A stretch of 64,000 nt of DNA from assembly GCA_965368975.1 (NCBI GenBank), contig CBDUPA010000006.1:96001-160000 (forward strand). The letters run 5' to 3'. The notes beneath the pieces are model-generated. The model saw only the letters and a program-made list of their open reading frames with translations, was not told the DNA's origin and searched no databases. How positions within the stretch are numbered: the stretch's first letter is position 1; each line of letters opens with the position of its first letter. Positions 55,798 through 64,000 of the stretch are shown piece by piece. The DNA comes from an uncultured bacterium. GTDB taxonomy: Bacteria > Acidobacteriota > Thermoanaerobaculia > Multivoradales > JAHZIX01. A program made the translations under genes and the position numbers.

Positions 55798-57349
55798 GAG
55801 TCGTAAGCTATCACGATCGTCACGCGGCAGAGGTTTGTCGCGGTCCCGCAGGCCGCGCACTACGGGTGTTTTCCGCGTCCTCGGCTTGTGGTCAATCCGG
55901 GTCTGGCCCCCTGAGCGGTATCGCCGGCATGCGGTCTTGTTGGCCGCGGTCCTGGCCTTGATGGTTGTGGGGTTCGCTGTTCCCTTCGGCGGTGTCCTAC
56001 GTGGGGCGTTGGTGGTGGCGCAGCTCCTCGCCTTCGTGACCGCCGCCTGGGTGCTGCTGGCGGCGCGCCGCCTCGCACACCTGCGGCCGGTGGCCTGGCC
56101 TGTCGCTGCACTGCTCGCCTTGGCTTTGTTCGGTTTCCTACAGACCCTACCGTTGCCGGGAGCGGTGGTCGAACTCCTATCCCCACGGCACGCTGAACTC
56201 TATGCCGAGGTGGGGCTCGATGCTCCCGGCATGGGCGCCAGGAACATGGACGCCAGGAGCAGCTTGGACGGTGGCCCCTGGCCGACGCTCTCCGTCTCGC
56301 CGCGGGCCAGCCGAACGACAGCCCTCCATATCCTGGCGCTGGCCGCGCTGATGCTGGCGGCAGGCTGGGTCGGACGGCACAGTTCGCATCGACGACTGCT
56401 GGTGCTGGCGTTGGCGGCGTCGGCACTGTTCCAGGTCTTCTACGGCGCTCGAGCCTGGCTGGTGCGCTCCGATCACATCCTGGGCGTCGAGGTTCTCGGC
56501 GATGCGAGTCGTCTGCGCGGCACCTTCGTCAACTCGGACCATCTTGCCCTGTACCTGGAAATCGCTCTGCCGGTCTTGCTGGCGGTCACCTTCTGGGGTT
56601 GGCGGCAATGGCATCGGCAGGAGAACCTGGAACGACGTGTGGCGCAGGTTGCGGTGCCTGCACTGGTGTGGGTTGTGCTGTTCGTCGGTCTCGCCTTCAG
56701 TGGTTCGCGTGCCGGTCTGCTGGCGGCGGCCGCTGGCTTCGTGGTGCAAGTCGTGCTGTTCGTCATCGGCTGGGGTCGACGCCGGGGTGTCAAAGGCTTG
56801 ATGCTAGGAGCCTTTGTCGGGCTGGCGGGAATCCTGGCCGTTCTGGCGACGGGCGCGCGCGAAGGCTTCGGCCGTTTGCTCGGTACCTCGACCTACGAGG
56901 TGACCTGGAATGCCCGACTCGACACCTACCGAGCCTCCTGGGAACTCTGGCAGCAATTCCCTCTCACGGGTACGGGACTTGGTACCTTCAGGGAGGCGTT
57001 CCCGCTGGTCCAGCCGAGATCCTTGCCTGGCTGGTGGTGGCACGCGCACAGTGATGTGCTGGAACTCCTGGTCACTGGCGGTCTGGTGGCCGTGCTGCTG
57101 GCCGGTGTCGGGCTCTTGGCGCTAGTGCTGCGTCTGCTGCAGGTCCTACGCTGGGGAGGCCGCAGTGAAGAACGCGCCGCTGCCGTCGCGGCCTTGGGCG
57201 CCCTCACCTCGGTGCTGCTGCACGAAGCGGTGGATTTTGGTCTCACCATGCCAGCCAACGCGTTCACCCTGGGCGTTCTGTGCGCGGCTGCGGCGGCCGT
57301 CCGTCTGCCGGGGGACGCAGGGGAGAGATCTCCTGACGCGGCTTACTGA
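55796..57349 (+). CDS. O-antigen ligase family protein (true start probably downstream of 55796)
   Basis: GTFVNSDH, SGSRAG, R...., TGTGLGTF, HAHSD; many TMs. Confidence 0.87.
   Translation: MSRKLSRSSRGRGLSRSRRPRTTGVFRVLGLWSIRVWPPERYRRHAVLLAAVLALMVVGFAVPFGGVLRGALVVAQLLAFVTAAWVLLAARRLAHLRPVAWPVAALLALALFGFLQTLPLPGAVVELLSPRHAELYAEVGLDAPGMGARNMDARSSLDGGPWPTLSVSPRASRTTALHILALAALMLAAGWVGRHSSHRRLLVLALAASALFQVFYGARAWLVRSDHILGVEVLGDASRLRGTFVNSDHLALYLEIALPVLLAVTFWGWRQWHRQENLERRVAQVAVPALVWVVLFVGLAFSGSRAGLLAAAAGFVVQVVLFVIGWGRRRGVKGLMLGAFVGLAGILAVLATGAREGFGRLLGTSTYEVTWNARLDTYRASWELWQQFPLTGTGLGTFREAFPLVQPRSLPGWWWHAHSDVLELLVTGGLVAVLLAGVGLLALVLRLLQVLRWGGRSEERAAAVAALGALTSVLLHEAVDFGLTMPANAFTLGVLCAAAAAVRLPGDAGERSPDAAY
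55805..55813 (-). promoter_or_regulatory. Extended -10 promoter 7 nt before the first gene of the export operon
   Basis: Minus strand TG-A-TAGCTT-ACGACTC-ATG. Confidence 0.55.
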
Positions 57350-58965
57350 AGCTGCAGTGTGCCCGGCTGCCAGCCGCCGCCGGCCAGTCGCTCCAACTCC
57401 AGCACATGCGTCTCGGACGCCGCCAACGGCGCGGGCAACTGCAGGCGCACCTGCCGTCCGGAACGGGCAATGACAGTGTCGAGGATGTAGCCATCCAGGC
57501 GCACCTCGATCACCGCGCCCACCGGGCTGACGGTGCCGAAGCTGAGCGTCAGGCTGCGAGCCTGATCGCGAGTCTGATGGGTGGCCGGTTGCTGATCCTG
57601 CCAGGCGAGCGAGAACACTTCCCCTTCTTGACGCCATGCCTCGGCGGGCCATCGATCGCGATCGAACCTCGCGAGTTGTTGCTGTACGGTGGCGAGCCGG
57701 TCGGCGTCGTCCGCCGCGCGCGCCCAGCGTTCTTCCGCTTTCAGGTACGCCAGCCGCGACCGCCAGCTGTCGGCGACACGGTCGAGTGCCGCGCGGGCCA
57801 ACCCTGGCTGGTTGCGCGCCAGCAGGAGATTCGCCTTGGCGATCAAGTAGGGGGCCCAAGGTGTGGTCCAGAGTTCGGCGCCCGCGTGACCTTCCAGCTG
57901 CTCGGCGACCGCCAGTTCGCCGCCCACGGCCATTGCCAGTGCCGCGCGGTCCGGCGGTAGGTCGTGGGTCAACCCAGCCATGCGCAGGACAACGGCCGGA
58001 GCCACCGGCAGTGGCCGCAACAATGCCAGGCGCAGCAAGCGGTCGAGCGGGTCCACCAGGGCCGGCACCCGGTTGGCGCCGGCCGGGCTGCGCGTGATCG
58101 CCTGCTCCAGCCGCTCGTCGTCGCGCGGGCTCGCCGGTCGCAGCTGGATGGCCACGTTGAGGAACTGGCCCCGCGCGCGCCGCAGGTCGCCGCCCGCGCG
58201 TCGTTCCTCGGCTTGCTCGAGCTGCGCGTCGAGGAAGCGGCTCAGGGCGTCGAGGTAGTGCCTGTGGGCGTCCAGGTAAGCGGTCCACTGGTGATCGGCA
58301 GCGTAGATTTCTTGGATGCGCTGCCAGTTCTCCGGTCGGTCCGGAATCACCTCGAAGGCCTCTCGGCGACTGGCCGCTCGCTCCAGCCAGGCGGGAATCA
58401 GGGCATCGAAGAGCGCGGGTTCGAGCAAGGTCCGGTGGAGGATCTCCCGTGCATGCTGACGCCGGTCGGCCGCCAGCATCGGCCACAGCTCGAGGTAAGC
58501 GGAAGCGAGGAAGCGCGTTGGCTCCAAGGTGCCGGGTGCCAGCTCGATGCTGCGCTCCAGGGGTTTCTGCCAAGCTTGTGACTGCAGGATCAACCGCTCG
58601 TCACGGCGTAGCGTCCATTCGAGGTAGGTGCTGGCGCCGAGGGCCCAGTGCACCTCCCAGGCGCCCGGCAGACGCGGCGCGAGATCCTCGGCCAGCTGGT
58701 GAGCTCTCTCTAACTGCTGGCTGTATTGCTCGGCGTCGGCGGTCCGGTGCAGGATCAGCTGCCGCAACAGGCGCACTCGAGCCCGCGTGCTGTCGCGCTC
58801 CCGGTACAGCTGCTGCCGCTCACTCGCCCCGACCTCCAGTGCCTCGGCTTCCGCCACCACCTGAGCGCGGTTGGTGACGTAGGCCTGCCATTGAAAGACC
58901 GCCAGCAGAGCCCCCACGGCCGCGAGGGCGACGAGGACGAGGCGGGTGGGCCGAGCGTCGTGCAT
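57343..58965 (-). CDS. Membrane-anchored TPR-like protein with C-terminal beta domain
   Basis: N-terminal TM (LVLVALAAVGALLAVF), long Ala/Leu/Arg helical repeats; TACTAT 9 nt before ATG. Confidence 0.7.
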   Translation of the reverse strand: MHDARPTRLVLVALAAVGALLAVFQWQAYVTNRAQVVAEAEALEVGASERQQLYRERDSTRARVRLLRQLILHRTADAEQYSQQLERAHQLAEDLAPRLPGAWEVHWALGASTYLEWTLRRDERLILQSQAWQKPLERSIELAPGTLEPTRFLASAYLELWPMLAADRRQHAREILHRTLLEPALFDALIPAWLERAASRREAFEVIPDRPENWQRIQEIYAADHQWTAYLDAHRHYLDALSRFLDAQLEQAEERRAGGDLRRARGQFLNVAIQLRPASPRDDERLEQAITRSPAGANRVPALVDPLDRLLRLALLRPLPVAPAVVLRMAGLTHDLPPDRAALAMAVGGELAVAEQLEGHAGAELWTTPWAPYLIAKANLLLARNQPGLARAALDRVADSWRSRLAYLKAEERWARAADDADRLATVQQQLARFDRDRWPAEAWRQEGEVFSLAWQDQQPATHQTRDQARSLTLSFGTVSPVGAVIEVRLDGYILDTVIARSGRQVRLQLPAPLAASETHVLELERLAGGGWQPGTLQLQ

Positions 58966-59004
58966 GGTGTCGGTATAGTAGCTCAACGAAACCTCGATCC
59001 CGCC

Positions 59005-59427
59005 ATGCCGCCCATCCCCACTCCCGCAGCCAGCCGCAAGACCCAGCAAGCCGCCACCTCGGGCTCGCTGCGCGGTGCCGTCCTGTGGGCGCTGCTGATC
59101 TTCGTCCTGCTGTCGATCCCGACCGGCCTGGTCGTGCCGTCTGGTTCCGGGCGCTTGCTCGACTTCCTGCCCGACCTCGTCGCGGACACGATCCGCCTGC
59201 TCGCCGACAAAGCTGTTCACGCAGTGCTATTTGCCGGGCAGGCTCTGTGGCTGCGCCGTGCCGGCTGGACGGCCGGACGCGCGGTGCTGTGGAGCGCTGC
59301 CTACGGCGCCGCGACCGAGCTCTACCAGGCACTGTTGCCGTTCCGTTCCGGGGACGTCTACGACCTGCTGGCGGACATCCTCGGCGCGCTGCTGGCGGTC
59401 TGGTGGTGGCGCCGGCGCGACCGTTGA
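59005..59427 (+). CDS. VanZ-family membrane protein
   Basis: LWALLIFVLLSIP, DKAVHAVLF, TELYQALLPFRSGDVYDLLAD.LG. Confidence 0.88.
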   Translation: MPPIPTPAASRKTQQAATSGSLRGAVLWALLIFVLLSIPTGLVVPSGSGRLLDFLPDLVADTIRLLADKAVHAVLFAGQALWLRRAGWTAGRAVLWSAAYGAATELYQALLPFRSGDVYDLLADILGALLAVWWWRRRDR

Positions 59428-59508
59428 GCTGATACACTGCCAACGTTCTCCAGACACAAGCCGCTCAGAGCAGCGAACCCAGGACGCATTTTCGGAATCT
59501 CCAGAACC

Positions 59509-60894
59509 GTGAGCCCTTCCAAGAAAAGCCCTTCCAAGAGCAAGTCCCGTCGGGCGCGCGATCGCGCCATCGCGATCAACGCCGCGCAGGTCGCCGAGTG
59601 GTGTCTCTGGCTGCTTCTTCTGCTGCTCTGGATCGTCCATGATCGCCAGCTCAAGGACGCCTTCCGACTGCCCAAGCTGCAACTGGCGGAGACACTGACC
59701 CTGGTATCACTGGTCCTGCTGGCCTGGCACCTGCGGTGCGCCGGCCGGATCGAGTGGCGTCAGTTGCGCGGCGTGCCGGTCTTGCGGGCCACCCTGCCTC
59801 TGTTCGCCGCCGCCTTGCTCAGCGCTGCCGCATCCGACTACCCGGTGCACACGATGACCGCCTTGGCGTCCCTGGCCATCGCCCTCGCCGCGCTCGTTGC
59901 CTGGAGCCTAGGCTTGCCGCGTCCGCGCCTGGAGCAGTTGGTACACGGCCTCATCTGGCCGGCTGTCGGCCTGGCGCTCGTCGCCATCCTGCAGTTCCAC
60001 GACCTCTGGCGCCCCTTCGACTTTGCCGGCAATGTCGAGCAGGAGCGCCTGGGCGTCACGTCCTTCGCCGGCAGTGCGGGTGACCTGGCGATGTTCCTAC
60101 TGTTGCCCTGCCTGGTGGTACAGGAACGCCTGTTCCGTCTCTGGGGTGGTCGTCGAGGGGGCAAGCACAGTAGCGCGCTGGTGCTGTGGGCCGTTGCGCT
60201 GCTCCTGTGCGTCTATGGCCTGGCGGTGAGCGGCACCGTCTCCGCGCTCGGTGTGCTCGGTGTTGCCAGCTTCGCCCTCTGGTGGTGGCTGCTGCCGCGG
60301 CGGTTGGCGGTGCCCCTGCTCGGTGGTTTGGCCGTCGCGGGCGTGGCCGTCCTGCTCGTGGCGGCACCGCTGCGCGAGCGCGTCGTCCCCAAGGTGCAAC
60401 AGCTGGTGCGCGGTGACGTCGACGACGCTCTCACCGGCCGCCTGGATGGCTGGAAGGCCGCCGGCTGGATGCTGCGCGAGAACCCCCTGCTCGGCGTCGG
60501 TCACGGCGCCTTCCGTCCCGAGTTCGCCGACGCCAAGCTGGCATTGACCGAGCGGGGCGTCGAGTTCTACCGCGGCCAGAACTTCGTCGTCTTCGCCAAC
60601 GCCCACAACGAGTACCTGGAAGTGGCCGCCGAATGGGGTCTGTTCGGCGTCGCGGCCCTGCTGTGGGCGTTGTGGCAACTCTTGCAGCGCCTGCGCTCGC
60701 TGGCCGGTGCCCGGGGTGGTGCTGCCGAGCGTGAACACCGACTCTCGCCCGAAGCCGCCCTCGCCTGCGCCGGCACGCTGGCTCTGGCCCTCATCGCCAC
60801 CGTCCAGTTCCCCTTCCGGCTCGCCCTCACCGGCTACGCCGCCGTCCTGTGGCTGGCCTGGATCTTCGCCCCGACCGACGAGGAGGCTGCGTGA
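59509..60894 (+). CDS. O-antigen ligase / O-oligosaccharyltransferase-like protein
   Basis: FRLPK, LTGR..GW, PLLGVGHGAF, NAHNEYL, QFPF. Confidence 0.87.
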   Translation: MSPSKKSPSKSKSRRARDRAIAINAAQVAEWCLWLLLLLLWIVHDRQLKDAFRLPKLQLAETLTLVSLVLLAWHLRCAGRIEWRQLRGVPVLRATLPLFAAALLSAAASDYPVHTMTALASLAIALAALVAWSLGLPRPRLEQLVHGLIWPAVGLALVAILQFHDLWRPFDFAGNVEQERLGVTSFAGSAGDLAMFLLLPCLVVQERLFRLWGGRRGGKHSSALVLWAVALLLCVYGLAVSGTVSALGVLGVASFALWWWLLPRRLAVPLLGGLAVAGVAVLLVAAPLRERVVPKVQQLVRGDVDDALTGRLDGWKAAGWMLRENPLLGVGHGAFRPEFADAKLALTERGVEFYRGQNFVVFANAHNEYLEVAAEWGLFGVAALLWALWQLLQRLRSLAGARGGAAEREHRLSPEAALACAGTLALALIATVQFPFRLALTGYAAVLWLAWIFAPTDEEAA

Positions 60895-61349
60895 TGTCCT
60901 CCCTCGACACCTCCGCCAAGGCGTTCAGCTGGGTTCTGGTCGTCCTGTTGCTGGCCGCTCTGGCCTGGCAGGTCCAAGACAGCCGCGACAAACTCGAAGC
61001 CAGCCGGCTGCTCTACAAGGTGGAAGGCATCAGCTACAGCATCCTCGCCACCGGACAGGCTCCGCGTCAGGCCCTGGCGCAAAACCTACGCGACCTGCGC
61101 CGCGCTGGCGAGCTGGATCCCCTGGAAGTCGGTGTGCCGCTGGCCACCGGTAGCCAGTATCTGCTCATGCAGAGTCCCAATCAGGCCGTCGAGGCGTACC
61201 GCGAAGCCCTGGAGCTGGAACCGCGGCCGGAGATCTACCTGAATCTGGGCAAGGCACTGGTCATGGCGGGGGACAGGAAAGCGGCGGACGAAGCCTTCGA
61301 CAAGGCTGTCCGCCTGGCGCCGCAATTGGCGTCGGAAGTGCCGCAGTAG
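60894..61349 (+). CDS. Membrane-anchored TPR protein
   Basis: N-terminal TM; AVEAYREALELEP..EIYLNLGKAL...A..AFDKAVRLAP; overlaps the ligase stop. Confidence 0.85.
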   Translation: MSSLDTSAKAFSWVLVVLLLAALAWQVQDSRDKLEASRLLYKVEGISYSILATGQAPRQALAQNLRDLRRAGELDPLEVGVPLATGSQYLLMQSPNQAVEAYREALELEPRPEIYLNLGKALVMAGDRKAADEAFDKAVRLAPQLASEVPQ

Positions 61350-61352
61350 GCT

Positions 61353-62750
61353 TCAGACCCCCCGTGACGTCAAGACGATCTTGACCGTCCGCAGCAGGAT
61401 CGAAAGGTCCAGCCACAAGCTCCAGTTGGCCAGGTAGGCGAGGTCGTAGCGCAGCTTGTTCGGCGCCGACGAGTGGTAGTCGCCGTTGATCTGTGCCAGG
61501 CCAGTGACACCGGGTGGAACCGAGAAGCGCTCGGCGTAGCCCGGGACGTCGCGCAAGAACTGTTCGACGAAGTTGGGCCGTTCCGGTCGTGGCCCGACCA
61601 GGCTCATGTGACCGCGCAAGACCTGGAACAGCTGCGGTACTTCGTCCAGGCGGGCACGACGCAGAAAGCCACCGACGGGGGTGAGACGCGGGTCGTTGGT
61701 GGTGGCGAGAACGGCACCGGTGGCGCGTTCGGCATCCTGGTGCATGGTGCGCAGCTTCCAGACCTCGAAGGTCTGCTGCCCGACGCCGACGCGGGTCTGA
61801 CGGTAGAACACCGGACCTGGTGAGGTGAGCCGGATGAGCAGGGCGCAGACGGCGAGGATTGGCAGGCAGAGCAGCAGCAAGAGTGAGCCGAGAACGACGT
61901 CGAGCCCACGCTTGACCGGCCGGTTGATGCGCCACTCGGTCTGGCGCACGACCTCGATCAACGGCAGATCGCGCACCCAGCGATAGCGCATGCGGCCGAT
62001 CAGGCTCTCGTAGGGGCCGGGCAGTAGCAGCACGTTGCTGCGCTCTGGGCCGAGGCCGGCCAGGCCGTCGAGCAGGCGGGTCTGCCAGGAGGCGGCGCTG
62101 GGGGCGAGGATGAGGTCGTCGACCTGGCCCTCGAGCACGAGCTTGCGCACGTCGTCGATGCTGCCCAGCTGTGGACCCAAAGAACGATCCTCGGCGGGAT
62201 TCTCGATCGGGGGATCGTCGGGAGCGGGTACGTGACCGACCACTTCGAGACCGTGCCAGCCGTGCTCGTGGATGGCCCGCGCCAACTCCTGGGCTGCCGG
62301 GCCGCTACCGACGATCACCACGCGCCGCTGCCGCGGTCGGTGCAGGCGGCGCAGTAGGCCGCGCCAGGTCGAGAGCAAGGCGAGATCGAGGCCGACGAAG
62401 AGCACCAGCACGGAGCGCGGGAAGGTCCGGTTGGTGAGGAAGATGTAGCCCATCAGCACCAAGCCGAGTAGCAGCGTGCCGGCGATCAGCCGGCGCTGCA
62501 CTTCGGCACTCGGTCCAGGAGGATCGTAGAAGCCGAAGAAATAGAGCATCGCGACCTGTCCGAGGGTGACCACCCACCATTCATCGAAGAAGAACGAGAT
62601 GCGATCGGCGGGCAGCAGGTCGAGGGTGAAGGGCAGGTGCAGATGGATGCGTAGCCAGAAGGCGCAATAGAACGCCAGCAAGGCGACGCTGACGTCCCCG
62701 AGCGGACGCGCACCCTGCCAGAGACCTTGGAGTGAAGTCCAGCCACGCAT
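61353..62750 (-). CDS. WcaJ/WbaP-type polyprenyl glycosylphosphotransferase
   Basis: 4 TM plus CoA-binding-like domain, then KRGLD, KLRTM, DPRLT, LDEVPQ, VGPRPERP, PGVTGLAQ. Confidence 0.95.
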   Translation of the reverse strand: MRGWTSLQGLWQGARPLGDVSVALLAFYCAFWLRIHLHLPFTLDLLPADRISFFFDEWWVVTLGQVAMLYFFGFYDPPGPSAEVQRRLIAGTLLLGLVLMGYIFLTNRTFPRSVLVLFVGLDLALLSTWRGLLRRLHRPRQRRVVIVGSGPAAQELARAIHEHGWHGLEVVGHVPAPDDPPIENPAEDRSLGPQLGSIDDVRKLVLEGQVDDLILAPSAASWQTRLLDGLAGLGPERSNVLLLPGPYESLIGRMRYRWVRDLPLIEVVRQTEWRINRPVKRGLDVVLGSLLLLLCLPILAVCALLIRLTSPGPVFYRQTRVGVGQQTFEVWKLRTMHQDAERATGAVLATTNDPRLTPVGGFLRRARLDEVPQLFQVLRGHMSLVGPRPERPNFVEQFLRDVPGYAERFSVPPGVTGLAQINGDYHSSAPNKLRYDLAYLANWSLWLDLSILLRTVKIVLTSRGV

Positions 62751-62802
62751 GATCAGCGGTATTGTGTCCTCTTTCGCGGGCTCGGGCTATACTCTTGCCG
62801 CC

Positions 62803-63756
62803 ATGAAGGTCATCGAGCATCTCGAAAAGGCCCGTCGACCGTTGATCAGCTTCGAGATCATCCCCCCCCTGCGCGGGGGCGATCTGCGTTCGCTGCTGCA
62901 GTTGATCGAGGATCTGAAGAAATACGATCCGCCGTTCATCGACATCACCAGCCATGCGGCCGAGGTGATCTACGAAGAGACGGCGGACGGCATCCAGCGC
63001 CGGATCAAGCGCAAGCGTCCGGGCACCCTGGGTCTGTGCGCGCTGATCCAGAACAAGTACGACATCGATGCCGTGCCGCACATCCTGTGCCGCGGGTTCA
63101 CGCGTCAGGAGACGGAAGACTTCCTGATCGAGTTGCGCTATCTAGGCATCGAGAACGTACTGGCCGTGCGCGGCGACGACAACGGCTACAAGAAACCACT
63201 GCAGTGGGGCCGCAAGGCCAACGACTATGCCGTCGACCTGGTGCGCCAGGTCCACGACATGAACAATGGCAAATACCTGGAAGACGCCCTGCTCGACGCG
63301 GCACCGACGGACTTCTGCATCGGCATCGGCGGCTATCCGGAGAAGCACTTCGAAGCGCCCAACCTACAGAAGGATCTGCGCCACGCCAAAGAGAAAGTGG
63401 AAGCCGGTGGTGAGTACATCGTGACCCAGATGTTCTTCGACAACCAAAGCTACTTCCGCTATGTCGAGAACTGCCGCGCTGCCGGCATCGACGTACCGAT
63501 CATCCCCGGGCTCAAGATCCTGACCAGCAAGACACACCTCACCAGCCTGCCGCGTCACTTCTACGTCGACATTCCCGAAGAGCTGGCGGAGCAGGTGGAA
63601 GCCGCCAAGGACAAGCGGGAAGTGCAGGAAGTCGGCATCCAGTGGGCGGTGAAGCAGAGCGAAGAGCTGCTGGAATACGGCGTCCCCGCCGTGCACTTCT
63701 ACGTCATGGCCCAGAGCCGTGCGGTCAATGACCTGATGAGTCGCCTCAAGCTCTGA
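62803..63756 (+). CDS. metF: Methylenetetrahydrofolate reductase
   Basis: SFEIIPP, LAVRGD, GYPEKH, VTQMFFD, IIPG, HFY; TATACT 9 nt before ATG 62803. Confidence 0.95.
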   Translation: MKVIEHLEKARRPLISFEIIPPLRGGDLRSLLQLIEDLKKYDPPFIDITSHAAEVIYEETADGIQRRIKRKRPGTLGLCALIQNKYDIDAVPHILCRGFTRQETEDFLIELRYLGIENVLAVRGDDNGYKKPLQWGRKANDYAVDLVRQVHDMNNGKYLEDALLDAAPTDFCIGIGGYPEKHFEAPNLQKDLRHAKEKVEAGGEYIVTQMFFDNQSYFRYVENCRAAGIDVPIIPGLKILTSKTHLTSLPRHFYVDIPEELAEQVEAAKDKREVQEVGIQWAVKQSEELLEYGVPAVHFYVMAQSRAVNDLMSRLKL

Positions 63757-63812
63757 AGGTCGCCCATTCCCTCCTTTCCTACCTCGAGTTTCCCAAGCCG
63801 AAGAGAACGACG

Positions 63813-64000
63813 ATGACGCGAATCGCAAGCCTCCCGCTACCAGACTACTCTGCGCTGCCCGACTACATGCCTCGTGACATCCCCGTGCCGCCGGAGCCAG
63901 CCGATCGCGAAAGCCGCGAGGCGGCGCTGCGCGAAGCGTTGGAGCACCGTATCCTGGTGCTCGATGGCGCGACTGGCACGGCGCTGCAGAACCTGGAATT
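63813..64000 (+). CDS. metH: Methionine synthase, N-terminal fragment (runs off the window)
   Basis: Translates to ...LREALEHRILVLDGATGTALQ, the homocysteine-binding domain start; directly after metF. Confidence 0.82.
   Translation, partial: MTRIASLPLPDYSALPDYMPRDIPVPPEPADRESREAALREALEHRILVLDGATGTALQNLE

Noticed and set aside
20108-59220. Long N-terminal extensions in the ORF track (antiporter to 22027, aminotransferase to 25111, GT2 to 29030, CapA to 32819, SGNH to 37820, GT4 to 40625, sulfotransferase to 42735, TPR-like to 59220)
   Set aside because: They overlap neighbouring genes; downstream starts with SD or stop/start coupling fit the family N-termini better.
48193-61349. Classical PEP-CTERM/exosortase system
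   Set aside because: No exosortase or EpsI recognised, and no VPEP-TM-basic tail in any protein here.
62751-62802. SAM riboswitch upstream of metF-metH
   Set aside because: Only 52 bp separate the divergent genes and the -10 box lies 9 nt from the ATG, leaving no room for an aptamer.
1-64000. rRNA, tRNA, transposase, integrase or prophage genes
   Set aside because: None recognised; intergenic gaps are short and coding capacity is accounted for.

Overview
GC-rich bacterial DNA. Gene content resembles Acidobacteriota or myxobacteria, but that assignment is inference. Four blocks. (1) 1-14351: 3' part of a giant NRPS ([A]-T, then four C-A-T modules) ending in an acidic tail with no thioesterase. 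(2) 14.4-17.6 kb: a 56-aa membrane protein, a PD-(D/E)XK nuclease-DinG/XPD helicase fusion, and an intergenic region with its own promoter, CCUCC tracts and two + strand terminators (candidate sRNA). (3) 17.6-62.8 kb: a ~45 kb surface-glycan locus, mostly on the - strand. It combines Wzc/OPX/beta-barrel/PHP-phosphatase export with a Wzm/Wzt ABC transporter and has no Wzx. It also has three O-antigen-ligase-family proteins, two phosphoglycosyltransferases (one domain-permuted), many tailoring enzymes, an embedded MazF-type TA pair, a secreted protein with an unusual C-terminal motif, and a coupled tail (hydrolase, Ca/Na antiporter, ATP-grasp, NAL1-like protease). (4) metF and the start of metH. 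No rRNA, tRNA, CRISPR array or transposase was seen. Best leads: the anti-SD-bearing sRNA locus at 17.2-17.55 kb, and a possible exosortase-independent protein glycosylation/anchoring system inside the glycan locus. All assignments come from reading motifs by eye; no searches were run.
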